This document shows, piece by piece, positions 17,877 through 28,024 of a DNA stretch of 64,000 nucleotides. Each line of letters opens with the position of its first letter. Position 1 is the first letter of the stretch. This DNA is from an uncultured Pseudomonadales bacterium (lineage in GTDB: Bacteria > Pseudomonadota > Gammaproteobacteria > Pseudomonadales > Azotimanducaceae), in contig CAZFGB010000044.1 in NCBI GenBank assembly GCA_964518405.1, positions 14,862-78,861 on the forward strand, given 5' to 3'. The notes beneath the pieces are model-generated. The model was not told where the DNA came from. It did not search any database and worked only from the letters and a program-made list of their open reading frames with translations. A program made the translations under genes and the position numbers.

Positions 17877-18863
17877 ATGGCAGAAGCAGCCCTCAATCAC
17901 GACTTCGGTCTCGAGCGCGCTTGGGACAAGATCTGCGAGCTCGGCCTGCAGCAGAACGTGGCGGAACTCAACGCCTACGGCTACACGATCGTTCCGCCCG
18001 AGATCGCGAGCCCGGACGGTTTCATCGAGCGGTTGCTCGAGGTGTGTCTCGATGTCTCGGAGCGGCGCCACGGCGTGCGGCCGGACCTCGAGACTGGTTA
18101 CACGCACGAAGATCTGGAGCGGTCCGAGGCGGAGTACCGCTACACGGGACACCGGTATCGCCCGGGCGGGCCGCTTGGTGACGTGTTCCATTCGCTCTTG
18201 CTCGAGGACGAGGTGTTCGAACAGGTGCTGGTGAACCGGGTTCGGCTGGCCTTGGTGACCCACCTGCTCGGCTATAACGCCGTGATGTCGGGTATCGGCT
18301 GCTGGATCAAGGGGCCGACCAACGCCATGCTCGCACTGCATGCCGACAACCCGCTGCCGTCACCCTTCCCGTCGCAGTGCATGGGGTGCCAGAGCACTTT
18401 CTGGCTGACCGATTTCAATCGGGAGAACGGCTCGACCGCGGTTGTGCCCGGTAGTCACAAGCTGCTGCGCCAGCCGCTCGGGGAGGAGAAGATCATCCCG
18501 GCCAAACCCGGCGATCCCGGCAACCCCGATGCGATTCCGCTGGAAGGCAAGGCCGGGTCCCTGCTCATTCATCATCCCTGCCTCTGGCACGGCGCATACA
18601 ACCGCACCGCGCCGGGGCTGCGCGTCAGCGTGACGTGTTTCATGACGCGGCCGTTCATCCGCACCGGAGAAGACTACACCGGCAAGATCCCGCAGGAAGT
18701 GCTCGACCGTCACGGACCGCGATTCGCGATCCTGACCCAGCAGGGCATCAAGGCTGGCTACTCGAGCTGGGACGAAGAAAGGGCCATGGTCGAATATGCC
18801 GAGAAGCACATCTCCGCGTATGCGAAGGAGTTTGGGGAAGGCTACCGGCCGAACGAGTCGTGA
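17877..18863 (+). CDS. Phytanoyl-CoA-dioxygenase (PhyH)-family Fe(II)/2-oxoglutarate oxygenase
   Basis: ...LALHADNPLP...FWLTDFNRENGSTAVVPGSHK...HHPCLWHGAYNRT shows the HxD...H facial triad pattern. GGGAGG lies upstream of the ATG at 17877. Confidence 0.7.
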   Translation: MAEAALNHDFGLERAWDKICELGLQQNVAELNAYGYTIVPPEIASPDGFIERLLEVCLDVSERRHGVRPDLETGYTHEDLERSEAEYRYTGHRYRPGGPLGDVFHSLLLEDEVFEQVLVNRVRLALVTHLLGYNAVMSGIGCWIKGPTNAMLALHADNPLPSPFPSQCMGCQSTFWLTDFNRENGSTAVVPGSHKLLRQPLGEEKIIPAKPGDPGNPDAIPLEGKAGSLLIHHPCLWHGAYNRTAPGLRVSVTCFMTRPFIRTGEDYTGKIPQEVLDRHGPRFAILTQQGIKAGYSSWDEERAMVEYAEKHISAYAKEFGEGYRPNES

Positions 18864-18910
18864 GTTTTGCGGCGTGACTTGCGCCGCCGTCAGGATAGAA
18901 ACTTGGCCGG

Positions 18911-19897
18911 TCAGTCGAGCGCTGCGACCCGGTATACGCGTGCGGCTGTACCACCGAAGATCGCGGTCTTCTCAGACTCGCTCAAGCCCGCGCGTGCGGC
19001 AATGCGCTTGAACGTGTTCCACAGCGTTCGGTAAGACACGCACTCCTTGTCGACCGGGAAGTTGCTCTCGAACATGCATCGGTCGGGTCCGAAAGCCTCG
19101 ATGGCGTGGATGTAATACCTGTAGAGCGACTCGCAGAGTTCTTCTGATCCGATCGGGTGCTCGCGTCGATGCATGTGAAACGGCGGCAGCCAGTCTCCGG
19201 CCGCCTGCTGCGCGCCGCCGACTTTCAGCACCGTGTTGGAACAGCGCGCGACCGCGTCGATGCACCGCTGCCAGTTCGCGAACTCGTCGGCACTCGCATC
19301 GGGATCGATCTTCCCGCCGAGGTGGTTGACGATGAGGGTTACGCCCGGGTATCGATCGGCCAGCTTCGCGAGGTCGGGCAGGCGGGTGTAGTCGAACGAG
19401 AAGTTGTCGAACGTCAGGTCAAGTTTGGCGAGCACATTGAAACTCTCGATGAACCTGGCGTCGTCGAGATCGAACGCGCTCCGGATGCCGCGGAAGAGAC
19501 CCCTACCCGCTTCGAGGTGCCCGACCAGGACTTCTTCGACCCCCGCGCCCAGCTTCATGTAGGCGTGACTGATGATCGCCCCTATAGTGGCCTTGTCCGT
19601 CGCTTGCGCGCTCTGCTCGGCGACGGCGGCGATGAACGCACTCTCTCCGATGGGCTTCAGGTGTTCCGGCCCATCTTGACGGTAGCCGGATCGGGCGTCG
19701 ATGAAGACCGTCTGTTCCACGTTGTGGCCGGAACCCGTATCCGCCCAGAGGTCCTCCAGGTCATACGTGCCCCACGGCGACGGAACCCGCCAGAGATGAT
19801 GATGCGGATCGATGATCGGCAGTTCGGGTTCGAGGACCGTTTCGGGCGTCTCCCGAGCGAGCCAACGCATCTTTTCGTCGTTGTCGGGATGCGTCAT
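18911..19897 (-). CDS. Amidohydrolase-2-family (TIM-barrel metal-dependent hydrolase) protein
   Basis: LPIIDPHHHLW...LIVNHLGG...MFESNFPVDK is typical of the amidohydrolase_2 family. Confidence 0.8.
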   Translation of the reverse strand: MTHPDNDEKMRWLARETPETVLEPELPIIDPHHHLWRVPSPWGTYDLEDLWADTGSGHNVEQTVFIDARSGYRQDGPEHLKPIGESAFIAAVAEQSAQATDKATIGAIISHAYMKLGAGVEEVLVGHLEAGRGLFRGIRSAFDLDDARFIESFNVLAKLDLTFDNFSFDYTRLPDLAKLADRYPGVTLIVNHLGGKIDPDASADEFANWQRCIDAVARCSNTVLKVGGAQQAAGDWLPPFHMHRREHPIGSEELCESLYRYYIHAIEAFGPDRCMFESNFPVDKECVSYRTLWNTFKRIAARAGLSESEKTAIFGGTAARVYRVAALD

Positions 19898-20050
19898 GAC
19901 GAGTTCCTTTTGTCGTTTGCTCCGGAGCCGGAGGCCTAGGAGGGTGCGCCGTAGAACGGCACGTCAGTGCCGATCAAGGCGCAGCATCGTAGGTGGGCTT
20001 GGGCGGGGGTGGAAGACGGCACGCCCGAAGGGCTGACGGATTTCATTGCG

Positions 20051-20932
20051 CTAGCGCCTGGCGCCGGCAGCGAGTGCGGCGGTACGCACGGCCTCGTTCT
20101 GCGCGCTCAAGCCCCCGTTGGCGCCGCCGAAGCTGATGATCTGGTAACCCTGCTCCATTCTCTCCGCCACGTTGGCCGCGCCCACGGTCCCGCCGACTGG
20201 GATAGAGCGCGCCTTGCAGACTTCGATGATTTCCGCCATCGCGGCGTCGACATCGGGATGCGAAGGGTCCGGCACACCGAGGGAGTTGCTGAGATCCTGC
20301 GCGGCGCCGAGGTAGAAGCCCCCGACGCCGGGGACCTGGGCGACCGCATCGGCGTTCTTCACCCCTTCCACCGTCTCGATCATGGGCCAGAACAGCAGAT
20401 CGCCCTCGGGATTGAGCGGCCAGAGGTCGGCGCGCCGCCGGTACTCGGCCCCGGAAATGCCCCAGAACCACGGGCCCGCGCCAGCGGTGCCGCGGACTCC
20501 TCGCGGGTTCGGGGTCTTCGAGTTCCTGGCCGGCATGTACCGCATCGTGCGCACGATGTTCTCCGCCTGCTCCGCCGTCTCGACGTTGTTGATGAGGATG
20601 CCCATGAGACCGAGATCGAGCGCGTGCTTGACGACCCACTGGGCCTCTTCGCTCGCGTAGGGGGCGAACCGCGCGAACACGGCGGGATGCGCCTGCGCAT
20701 TTTCGCGCTCGAGAATGCCGGCCTTGTCCGTCATGCCGGACAGGAAGATCTCCAATTGATCGAACCGCATGGCGCCGTGTTCCATGTCGAGGTACACGAA
20801 GTCGATGTCGGGATCGCGCGCCAATGAACGCGCGTTCTGCAGCGAGAAGTCCGAGGTGCTCACGCCGAAGACGTGCTTGCCTTCGGACAGCTTTTCGATG
20901 ACGGGATTGAGATGCAGGTACCGCTGCTCCAT
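20051..20932 (-). CDS. HpcH/HpaI-family aldolase
   Basis: ...DIDFVYLDMEHGAMRFDQL...WPMIETVEGVKNADAI is the HpcH/HpaI TIM-barrel pattern. Confidence 0.75.
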   Translation of the reverse strand: MEQRYLHLNPVIEKLSEGKHVFGVSTSDFSLQNARSLARDPDIDFVYLDMEHGAMRFDQLEIFLSGMTDKAGILERENAQAHPAVFARFAPYASEEAQWVVKHALDLGLMGILINNVETAEQAENIVRTMRYMPARNSKTPNPRGVRGTAGAGPWFWGISGAEYRRRADLWPLNPEGDLLFWPMIETVEGVKNADAVAQVPGVGGFYLGAAQDLSNSLGVPDPSHPDVDAAMAEIIEVCKARSIPVGGTVGAANVAERMEQGYQIISFGGANGGLSAQNEAVRTAALAAGARR

Positions 20933-20953
20933 TTTTTGCGCCCGAACCCCGAG

Positions 20954-22756
20954 CTATTTCAGGTTGCCTTCCATGTAGAGCATCAGTTCCAGCATCCGGT
21001 CGAGAAGGCCCTGCGACGATGATCCTGGGAAATTGCGAATCACGAGTTCCTTGACGAAGAGCCGCGCGATGTAGCGCAGCTGGGAAGCGCGGGTCTGGGA
21101 AGCGAAGACGAAGTCGCGATGACCGTTGTTGATAACGATCAGTTCGCGGTCGACCTCGTAGCGCGAACGCCATAACTGGCCAGGCGCGTTCTCGTAGGTG
21201 TAGCCCGGCAGTCCCTGGCGCGCGGGCGACCCGTCGCGACTGGCGACGAGCGAGTCCGTGACGGTAATGAGCGCCTTCGCTTCGCACACGACATCCCGCT
21301 GCGTGGCGACGAGCTTCAAGGTCACGAGGCCGGGTTCTTGGGGGGCCTCAAAATCGACGATCTCAGTATGAGGATCGGCCAGGGCGCCGCCGCCCTCGAC
21401 GATTGTCCAGGCGAAAACGACGCCTTCGTCCACCTGTCTGCCCGCGCGGTCCCGGCAGACAGCTCGCAGTGTCCGACTGGTGCCAACCTGCGCGACCGAG
21501 GACGCGGGCGATATGCGTACGCTGTACAGCGGACCCGCGATATCGAAGAACTCTTGCTTCGGCGCTGACTCGTCATCCGCGTCCGGGACGTCGTCAGCCG
21601 CCACTTCGCGTTGCCGCGCGGTCGGCTCCAGAGCGGGACCGGTGGAAGTTTCGGGCCGGCGCCCCGGCGCGTTTCGATGCACCTCGAACCAATCGTACTC
21701 CTCCGCCGGCAACGCCAGCAGCGCCTCGCGAAACGCGCGCCGAATCGACTTGAGCGTCCGTTCGCTCGCACGCCCTTCCTCCGCTCGCTTGAGGTCACCG
21801 ATCAAGGCATCGAGCTGATCCCGAATGGACTCGATGCCTTCGTGCAGCGCCGCATAGGCCTCGTCGCGGATGACTCCGGTGCGCGTTCCGGGCGTGAGAT
21901 GGATAAACGGCGCATCGACCACGCCATCGATGTACCCGCTGCCCCACGGACCGTCTTGGAACCCATCGAGAGCGGTCATTTCGGCGACTCGCGTGCCGTT
22001 TCGGTAAAGCGACACGCCGCGTTCGGGCGATGGATCGTCGAGGTAGAGTTCAAGCCTGATTTCGCCGAAGCGGGTCACGGGGTTGTTGAGTTCGTGAATG
22101 AGCCGCCCGTCGAATTCTCGCGGCGTCACCTTGTAGGACTTTCGGGCGGTGCGGTCGCTGATACGCACGCAGACGTTGGTTTGCCGAATGCGGTCCCGCA
22201 GTTCGGAGGCCAGGTACCAATTGAGCTTCTCGCCGCTGAACTGGCGGACACCCGGCAGCAGGGGCCGGATGTCCAGCGTGGCGCCCGCTTCCGCCAGCAA
22301 GGCGCGGCTGACCCTGACGGAGTAGCCCTCGCCGGCACGTTGCATGGCCATCTCGTGCACGGAACCGTCCGCTGCCGCCGAGCGAAGCTTGAGACTCTCG
22401 CCGAGAGTCCAGAAACTCAGCAGGCCGATCCCGAATTCGCCCTGGATGCTCCGCGCGCCGTTCCTCTTTAGGCGTTTCTTGATCGAGTCGCAGATGTGGG
22501 TTGCGACGTAGCGGAAGTCCGGCACGCCGGTCTCATCGAGACGAATCCCTTCGCCATCGTCGATGACTTTCAGGAACGGCTCGCCCCTTTCGCGCCCGCG
22601 GACGATCTGGATGTTCCTCGCTCCGGCGTCGATGCTGTTCTCGACGAACTCCGCAACTGCCTTCAGCGGGTTGTCCTGGGATTGCGCGATGATGCTGATC
22701 GCAGACCAGTGATCTCCGATCCGGAGCTTGCCTCGGGCGCTTCTTCTTTGAGCCAT
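20954..22756 (-). CDS. GHKL-superfamily (MORC/MutL/Hsp90-like, HATPase_c_3-type) ATPase with a central Ig-like domain
   Basis: Bergerat motifs: N box AEFVENSIDAG, G1 IDDGEGI, G2 QGEFGIGLLSF. The later segment LRAVCRDRAGRQVDEGVVFAWTIVEGGG...VTLKLVATQRDVVCEAKALITVTD looks like a bacterial Ig-like (Big_2-type) domain. Start at MAQRRSARG (22756); the ORF track starts at 22792. Confidence 0.7.
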   Translation of the reverse strand: MAQRRSARGKLRIGDHWSAISIIAQSQDNPLKAVAEFVENSIDAGARNIQIVRGRERGEPFLKVIDDGEGIRLDETGVPDFRYVATHICDSIKKRLKRNGARSIQGEFGIGLLSFWTLGESLKLRSAAADGSVHEMAMQRAGEGYSVRVSRALLAEAGATLDIRPLLPGVRQFSGEKLNWYLASELRDRIRQTNVCVRISDRTARKSYKVTPREFDGRLIHELNNPVTRFGEIRLELYLDDPSPERGVSLYRNGTRVAEMTALDGFQDGPWGSGYIDGVVDAPFIHLTPGTRTGVIRDEAYAALHEGIESIRDQLDALIGDLKRAEEGRASERTLKSIRRAFREALLALPAEEYDWFEVHRNAPGRRPETSTGPALEPTARQREVAADDVPDADDESAPKQEFFDIAGPLYSVRISPASSVAQVGTSRTLRAVCRDRAGRQVDEGVVFAWTIVEGGGALADPHTEIVDFEAPQEPGLVTLKLVATQRDVVCEAKALITVTDSLVASRDGSPARQGLPGYTYENAPGQLWRSRYEVDRELIVINNGHRDFVFASQTRASQLRYIARLFVKELVIRNFPGSSSQGLLDRMLELMLYMEGNLK

Positions 22757-22881
22757 GGACAATCGAGCAGCAAGACGTACGAGAACTCCCAAGCATTGCG
22801 GCGCGACGGCTCAAGGTCAAATCAAAACCGGCGGGCTGCGTGAAGGTGCTTGCGGGCTTGGGCGCGAGCGAACGCTGGGGC

Positions 22882-24240
22882 TTACGCTTTCCTGAACCGC
22901 CAACCGTACATCATGCGCCCATAGTAGTTGAACCACTTGCGGGCTTCGTGATCCTGGAACGGGTAGTCCGCTCCCATCTGCCTGGCCGTCACGAGGCCGG
23001 TCACGAAACAGGTTTCCTGGCTGTTGATGAGCGTGTGGGCGCCGCAGTGCCGCGTTCGCCGCTTGCCTTGAACGAAACGGAACAAGTGGATTAGGAACGC
23101 CACGTGGCGAACATCGTGGACGATGTGCTGAAACCACCACTTCTTGACGATCTTCGCTTCGTCGATGCGGCTGATCGGGTTGTAGGTGACGAGGCAGGGC
23201 TTGTCGGACCGATGCGCCCAAGGCTGCTGATTGTGCATGATGTAGGTGATTTCGTAGTTGTCCGGTCGCGTGCCGTACTGCTCGATGTGATTGCTTCGCG
23301 TGGCGAGCGCCTTGACGTCGCTGTCCGGAAGAACCGAGGCGTCGGAATGGACAACCGTATGGTTGTGCAGCTCGCTCTCGTAGCGGATCGAAGAAAGCAG
23401 GAATCTCTCGAGGAAGGTCGGCTTGTCCAGCATCATCAGCGTCTGATTCGCGTTGCATGCGAACACCACCTCATCGAACGTCTCTCTCCGTCCCGTCTCG
23501 TCCTCCACGACCACCGCGGAAGGGCCCCGGCGAACTTTCCGAACCGGGCGGTCGATGTAAATCCTGTCCTGAAAGGCGGCTGACAGTTTCCGGTAAATGT
23601 TCCGCGTGCCCTGGTCCCAGGTCTGCATGGACGTTGCGGTCTCTATGTCGAAGAACTCCAGGTACCGGGCGAACAGGGCCGCGGGCATGTCGAACACGTT
23701 CGTCGCCATCAGGAAGTTGACGAACATCGGCTTCAAGATCTTGTACCTGAAATCTCCGGAGAACCCGCCGAGGTTCAACACGGTTCCCATGCTGATGTAG
23801 TTGAAGGGATTGATGGCATTGAGCAGCTTGGACCTTGATCGGGTCAGCCCGCCAAACCACTTCATGCGTCTTAAGGTTCGCTGGAACTTCCTGATTTCCG
23901 GCTGCAACTGCCTGCGGACATCGGAGTCGAAATCGTGGGCGTAGACGCCGCCGCGATAGTTCACGCTGTAACTGAACCTGGTATCGATCAGTTCGATGCC
24001 GTGCTGCCGCATGACAAGCAGAATGTGGTGGTAGACCGAGGGGATGCATGCGGTGACGGAAATATCGAACGGGATTGAGGTGCCGTCGTCCTGCGGCATG
24101 TCGGCGGTAATGGCGTTGCCGCCTACCTGAGACTGCGCTTCGAACAGCCGGAAATCGAACCGGTCCGGGTGCTGGTGGAGCGCCCAGGCCGCTCCCAATC
24201 CGGAAACGCCTCCACCGATGATGGCTACCCTGGCTGGCAT
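22882..24240 (-). CDS. FAD/NAD(P)-binding amine-oxidase-like oxidoreductase
   Basis: MPARVAIIGGGVSGLGAAWAL...FEAQSQVGGN is a dinucleotide-binding N-terminus. Confidence 0.75.
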   Translation of the reverse strand: MPARVAIIGGGVSGLGAAWALHQHPDRFDFRLFEAQSQVGGNAITADMPQDDGTSIPFDISVTACIPSVYHHILLVMRQHGIELIDTRFSYSVNYRGGVYAHDFDSDVRRQLQPEIRKFQRTLRRMKWFGGLTRSRSKLLNAINPFNYISMGTVLNLGGFSGDFRYKILKPMFVNFLMATNVFDMPAALFARYLEFFDIETATSMQTWDQGTRNIYRKLSAAFQDRIYIDRPVRKVRRGPSAVVVEDETGRRETFDEVVFACNANQTLMMLDKPTFLERFLLSSIRYESELHNHTVVHSDASVLPDSDVKALATRSNHIEQYGTRPDNYEITYIMHNQQPWAHRSDKPCLVTYNPISRIDEAKIVKKWWFQHIVHDVRHVAFLIHLFRFVQGKRRTRHCGAHTLINSQETCFVTGLVTARQMGADYPFQDHEARKWFNYYGRMMYGWRFRKA

Positions 24241-24473
24241 CGCCCCGCCCCGATTCGCTGACGGTTCTCACCTTATCACCGTCGGCGGCCGCTCGGGTTG
24301 GCGTGATCTGCGGACAAAACGGGCGGCTGGAGCGCATCCCGGTTCAGCCTGCTCTCCCGGCGCCAGACGACTGCCGCCACGCGACCGTCTACGTTGAGAA
24401 CGAGCGAATCGCGGGTTAGGCTCGACGCTGCACAGGCAACCGCCTGACAGCCCTGCACATGAGAGGAAGAAAC

Positions 24474-25586
24474 ATGCAACTTGGAATGTTCGCCATGCCG
24501 CTCCATCCGCCCGACCGTCTGCTCGCGGATACTCTCGACGAGGACCGGCAAGCGGTGCTGCTGGCCGACGGGCTGGGTTTCTCCGAGGCGTGGTTCGGCG
24601 AGCACTTTTCGTCGACCGCCGAGCCGATCGCCTCCCCGCTGGCATTCTTCTCGAGCCTTGTGCATCAGACCCGGCAGATCAACTTTGCGACCGGCGTGCT
24701 GAACCTGCCGCAGTCACATCCCGCGATGGTCGCCGCCCAGGTGGCGCAGTTCGATCACCTGTCGCGCGGGCGCTACCTCCTCGGCATCGGCCCGGGCGGC
24801 CTCGGCAGCGACTTCGAGTTGCTGGGAATCGGCGACAAGGATACGCGCTCCGAGATGATGCTGGAGTCCATCGAGGCCATGCAGCAGATCTGGGCGCAGG
24901 ACGCGCCCTACTCGATCCCGGGCAAATACTGGAACGTCAACATCACCGACTTTCGCTTCGACGGTCTCGGCATCGGCGAGATGCTGAAGCCGTACCAGCA
25001 TCCGCATCCGCAGATCTGCCTGTCCATCATCACGCCATACTCGCCCAGCGCGAAGATGGCCGGGACGCGGGGCTGGCATCCGGTCTCCGCCAACTTCATC
25101 CAGGCGCGTTACATCCGCAGCCACTGGGAAGCGTACGCGGAAGGCGTCGAGAGCATCGGCGAACGGCCGGACCCGGCGAACTGGCGCATCGCGCGCTCGA
25201 TTCTCGTGACGGACAGCGATTCCGAAGCCGATGAGCATCTCTCGAATCCGGACTGCGGGCTGCATTTCTATTTCCGCTATTTCAGGCGCATGTATCTCAA
25301 CCGGGGCTCGATGGAGATGTTGAAGCCCGATGTCGACATGCCCGACGAGGAAGCCACCGAAGAGGTGGTGGCCAAGTCGATGGTGACCTGGGGATCGCCT
25401 TCGACGGTGCTCGATGAGCTCGTCGATCTCCATTCGCAATGGGGCGACTTCGGAACGCTCCTGATGGTTGGCCACGACTGGGACAACGTGGAGTTGTGGC
25501 GGCGGTCCATGACGCTGCTCGCCAACGAGGTCATGCCGCGGTTCCGCCAGCATGTGGAAGCAACTCCCGCCGCCGCGTCGATGTGA
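24474..25586 (+). CDS. Luciferase-like monooxygenase (LLM class)
   Basis: MQLGMFAMPLHPP...GFSEAWFGEHF...AAQVAQFDHLSRGRYLLGIGPG. Start at the Met at 24474. Confidence 0.8.
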   Translation: MQLGMFAMPLHPPDRLLADTLDEDRQAVLLADGLGFSEAWFGEHFSSTAEPIASPLAFFSSLVHQTRQINFATGVLNLPQSHPAMVAAQVAQFDHLSRGRYLLGIGPGGLGSDFELLGIGDKDTRSEMMLESIEAMQQIWAQDAPYSIPGKYWNVNITDFRFDGLGIGEMLKPYQHPHPQICLSIITPYSPSAKMAGTRGWHPVSANFIQARYIRSHWEAYAEGVESIGERPDPANWRIARSILVTDSDSEADEHLSNPDCGLHFYFRYFRRMYLNRGSMEMLKPDVDMPDEEATEEVVAKSMVTWGSPSTVLDELVDLHSQWGDFGTLLMVGHDWDNVELWRRSMTLLANEVMPRFRQHVEATPAAASM

Positions 25587-25626
25587 GGAGTCAGCGGGGA
25601 AACGCTCTAGGATCTCCCGCCTGGCC

Positions 25627-26043
25627 TCAGGGACGCTGCGCGGTGAGGCTGGGTGGAGGGCTTTCGGGTCTCTCTGGCCAGCATGACTCCGTATCGGGAC
25701 CGGATCCCTTCACCTGGCATGAGAACTCGCCTTTTTTGCCGGCGACCGTGTGTTTCTCGATGATGGGACTAATGATCTCGTTCCATCGGTCCGAAGCGTG
25801 GCGCCAGGTTCCTTCGCTGAAATGCGTGAGGATGTAGTTTTGGTGCGGATAGTAGATGTAGCCGGCACGCCCGTCGGGCTCCATTCCGTACAACACGAAG
25901 AAGGCGTGCTTCGACTCTGGCGTCCATCCGACCCGAAACTTCGCCTCGATGCGTTGAAGATCGTTGGGGAGATCTTCGACGACGCCGGCGTCCCAGTCCG
26001 CGACACTTTTCTCCGATCCGTCCGGGCGCATGAAGTCAGTCAT
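25627..26043 (-). CDS. Hypothetical protein
   Basis: ORF MTDFMRPDGSEKSVADWDAGVVEDLP...YIYYPHQNYILTHFSEGTW.... No family recognised. It could extend to the TTG at 26073, which overlaps the stop of the upstream ORF. Confidence 0.4.
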   Translation of the reverse strand: MTDFMRPDGSEKSVADWDAGVVEDLPNDLQRIEAKFRVGWTPESKHAFFVLYGMEPDGRAGYIYYPHQNYILTHFSEGTWRHASDRWNEIISPIIEKHTVAGKKGEFSCQVKGSGPDTESCWPERPESPPPSLTAQRP

Positions 26044-26069
26044 GTTGGTGCCGGGCCCCACCCAGAAAC

Positions 26070-26333
26070 TCAATCGTTCGAGGATCGATGGATCGGCTGT
26101 TCCGGGCTATCGCCTTGATGCTCGATCCAGGGGCTCCCTATGGTGATGTTGTTGCGGCGGCCCGCCAAGAGACGCAACCTCTCGAAGGCGGATGGATCGG
26201 CGATCTCAATGGGCCGTTCCAGGCCATCGCCGCGAAGCTCGATGGCGAAAACCGCTCCCCAGCCACCGGCCATGGCTGATTGGCTGGAGCAAGCGAGGAA
26301 CATGGAGATGAAGAGAGTCGAAAGCCGTTTCAT
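26070..26333 (-). CDS. Hypothetical secreted protein
   Basis: MKRLSTLFISMFLACSSQSAMA is a clear signal peptide, followed by about 65 aa. Its end overlaps the next ORF, so the pair may be one frameshifted gene. Confidence 0.4.
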   Translation of the reverse strand: MKRLSTLFISMFLACSSQSAMAGGWGAVFAIELRGDGLERPIEIADPSAFERLRLLAGRRNNITIGSPWIEHQGDSPEQPIHRSSND

Positions 26334-26566
26334 GGCGCCTCGCTCCCCAGAGGGATGATGTTTCCTCTGTCGCAGTCTTCTCCGGCGTGAGGTGTAGTGC
26401 AAGCTGCGGTCATGCTCCCAGCTTTCACGCAGGCGAATCGGCCGCCGTTAGTTGCCCAGAAGGTGCGCGTAGGTCTTCCGCTCCTGCGGCGGCCATGTGC
26501 CCGTCAGCGAGTCGTGCATGACCCTTACCGCTTTCATGCCGCAGTCTCGATTTTGATCCCAGTCTT

Positions 26567-27775
26567 CTAAAGCAGGCTTCGCCCTCGCTTCGCCGCCAAC
26601 CGCAGCCTCAAGGCATTCAGCCGAATGAACCCGGCCGCGTCGTCCTGGCGATACGCGCCGCCGTCGTCCTCGAACGTGGCTACGTCGGCGTCGTAGAGGC
26701 TGTCGTCCGACCACCTGCCGACGACGGAAACGCCGCCTTTGTAGAGCTTGAGACGGACGCGGCCGTTGACGACATCTTGGGAGGCGTCGATCAGCGCCTG
26801 CATCACGCGGCGCTCCGGGGACCACCAGTAGCCGTTGTAGATGAGCTTCGCGTAGCGGGGCATGAGTTCGTCGCGCAGGTGCATGACTTCGCGGTCCATG
26901 GTGATCGACTCCATGGCGCGGTGGGCCTTCAGCAGGATCGTGCCGCCGGGCGTCTCGTAGCAGCCTCTCGACTTCATGCCGACATAGCGATTCTCGACGA
27001 TGTCGCTGCGGCCGACGCCATGGGCGCCGCCGGTCTCGTTCAGGCGCGCGAGCACGCGCGCCGGCGTCATCGCTTCGCCGTTGAGCGCGACCGCATCGCC
27101 GTTCAGGTATTCGAGCTCGATGTGCTCCGGGGCGTCCGGGGCGTCCTCGGGTGCGACGGTCCAGCGCCACATCGCCGGGTTCGGCGCCGCGCCGGGATCT
27201 TCGAGTTCGCCGCCTTCGTAGGAGATGTGCAGCAGGTTCGCGTCCATGGAGTAGGGCGACTTCTCGCCGGCCTTGCTGAAATCGACAGGAATCTGGCGCT
27301 CGGCGCAGTACTCCATCAACGCTTCGCGCGAGGTGAGGTCCCACTCGCGCCAGGGTGAGATGACCTTGATATCCGGATCCAGCGCATAAGCGCCGAGTTC
27401 GAACCGCACCTGGTCGTTTCCCTTTCCCGTCGCGCCGTGGGAGACCGCTTCGGCGCCGGTTTCCGCCGCGATTTCGACCAGGCGCTTGGCGATGAGCGGC
27501 CGGGCGATGCTGGTGCCCAAGAGGTACTCGCCCTCGTAGATCGTGTTGGCGCGGAACATCGGATAGACGAAGTCGGCCGCGAACTCTTCGGTCAGGTTCT
27601 CGATGTAGATTTCCCGCACGCCAAGCGCTTTTGCCTTGGCGCGGGCAGGCTCGACCTCTTCACCCTGGCCGATGTCCGCCGTGAATGTCACCACTTCGGC
27701 CGCATAGGTCTCCTGCAGCCAATGGCAGATGACCGACGTGTCCAGGCCGCCGGAGTAAGCAAGCACGATCTTCAC
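26567..27775 (-). CDS. argG: Argininosuccinate synthase
   Basis: [15 protein letters not shown]...[10 protein letters not shown]...[16 protein letters not shown] start at 27775; the long upstream ORF extension is not conserved. Confidence 0.95.
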   Translation of the reverse strand: MKIVLAYSGGLDTSVICHWLQETYAAEVVTFTADIGQGEEVEPARAKAKALGVREIYIENLTEEFAADFVYPMFRANTIYEGEYLLGTSIARPLIAKRLVEIAAETGAEAVSHGATGKGNDQVRFELGAYALDPDIKVISPWREWDLTSREALMEYCAERQIPVDFSKAGEKSPYSMDANLLHISYEGGELEDPGAAPNPAMWRWTVAPEDAPDAPEHIELEYLNGDAVALNGEAMTPARVLARLNETGGAHGVGRSDIVENRYVGMKSRGCYETPGGTILLKAHRAMESITMDREVMHLRDELMPRYAKLIYNGYWWSPERRVMQALIDASQDVVNGRVRLKLYKGGVSVVGRWSDDSLYDADVATFEDDGGAYRQDDAAGFIRLNALRLRLAAKRGRSLL

Positions 27776-28024
27776 TGGCGCGCTCTCGGATTCAACGAAG
27801 ACGCCATGGTAACGCAGCGGGGATACCCGCACTGATCGCCCAGGGCGGCGTGATCGTCGCCCTGATGGAAAATCTTGTGAAGCCGTCCCCGGATCGTTCC
27901 TGCGTGATCGCGCGGCGGCGCAACCTTCGACTTTCGGCGGCGAGTGTGAGCGCGGCGCGGGTCGCGGGACTACGGTCTGTCGCGCTCCGGCACCCAAGTC
28001 GGGCGCGAGACCGCGGGCGACCGA

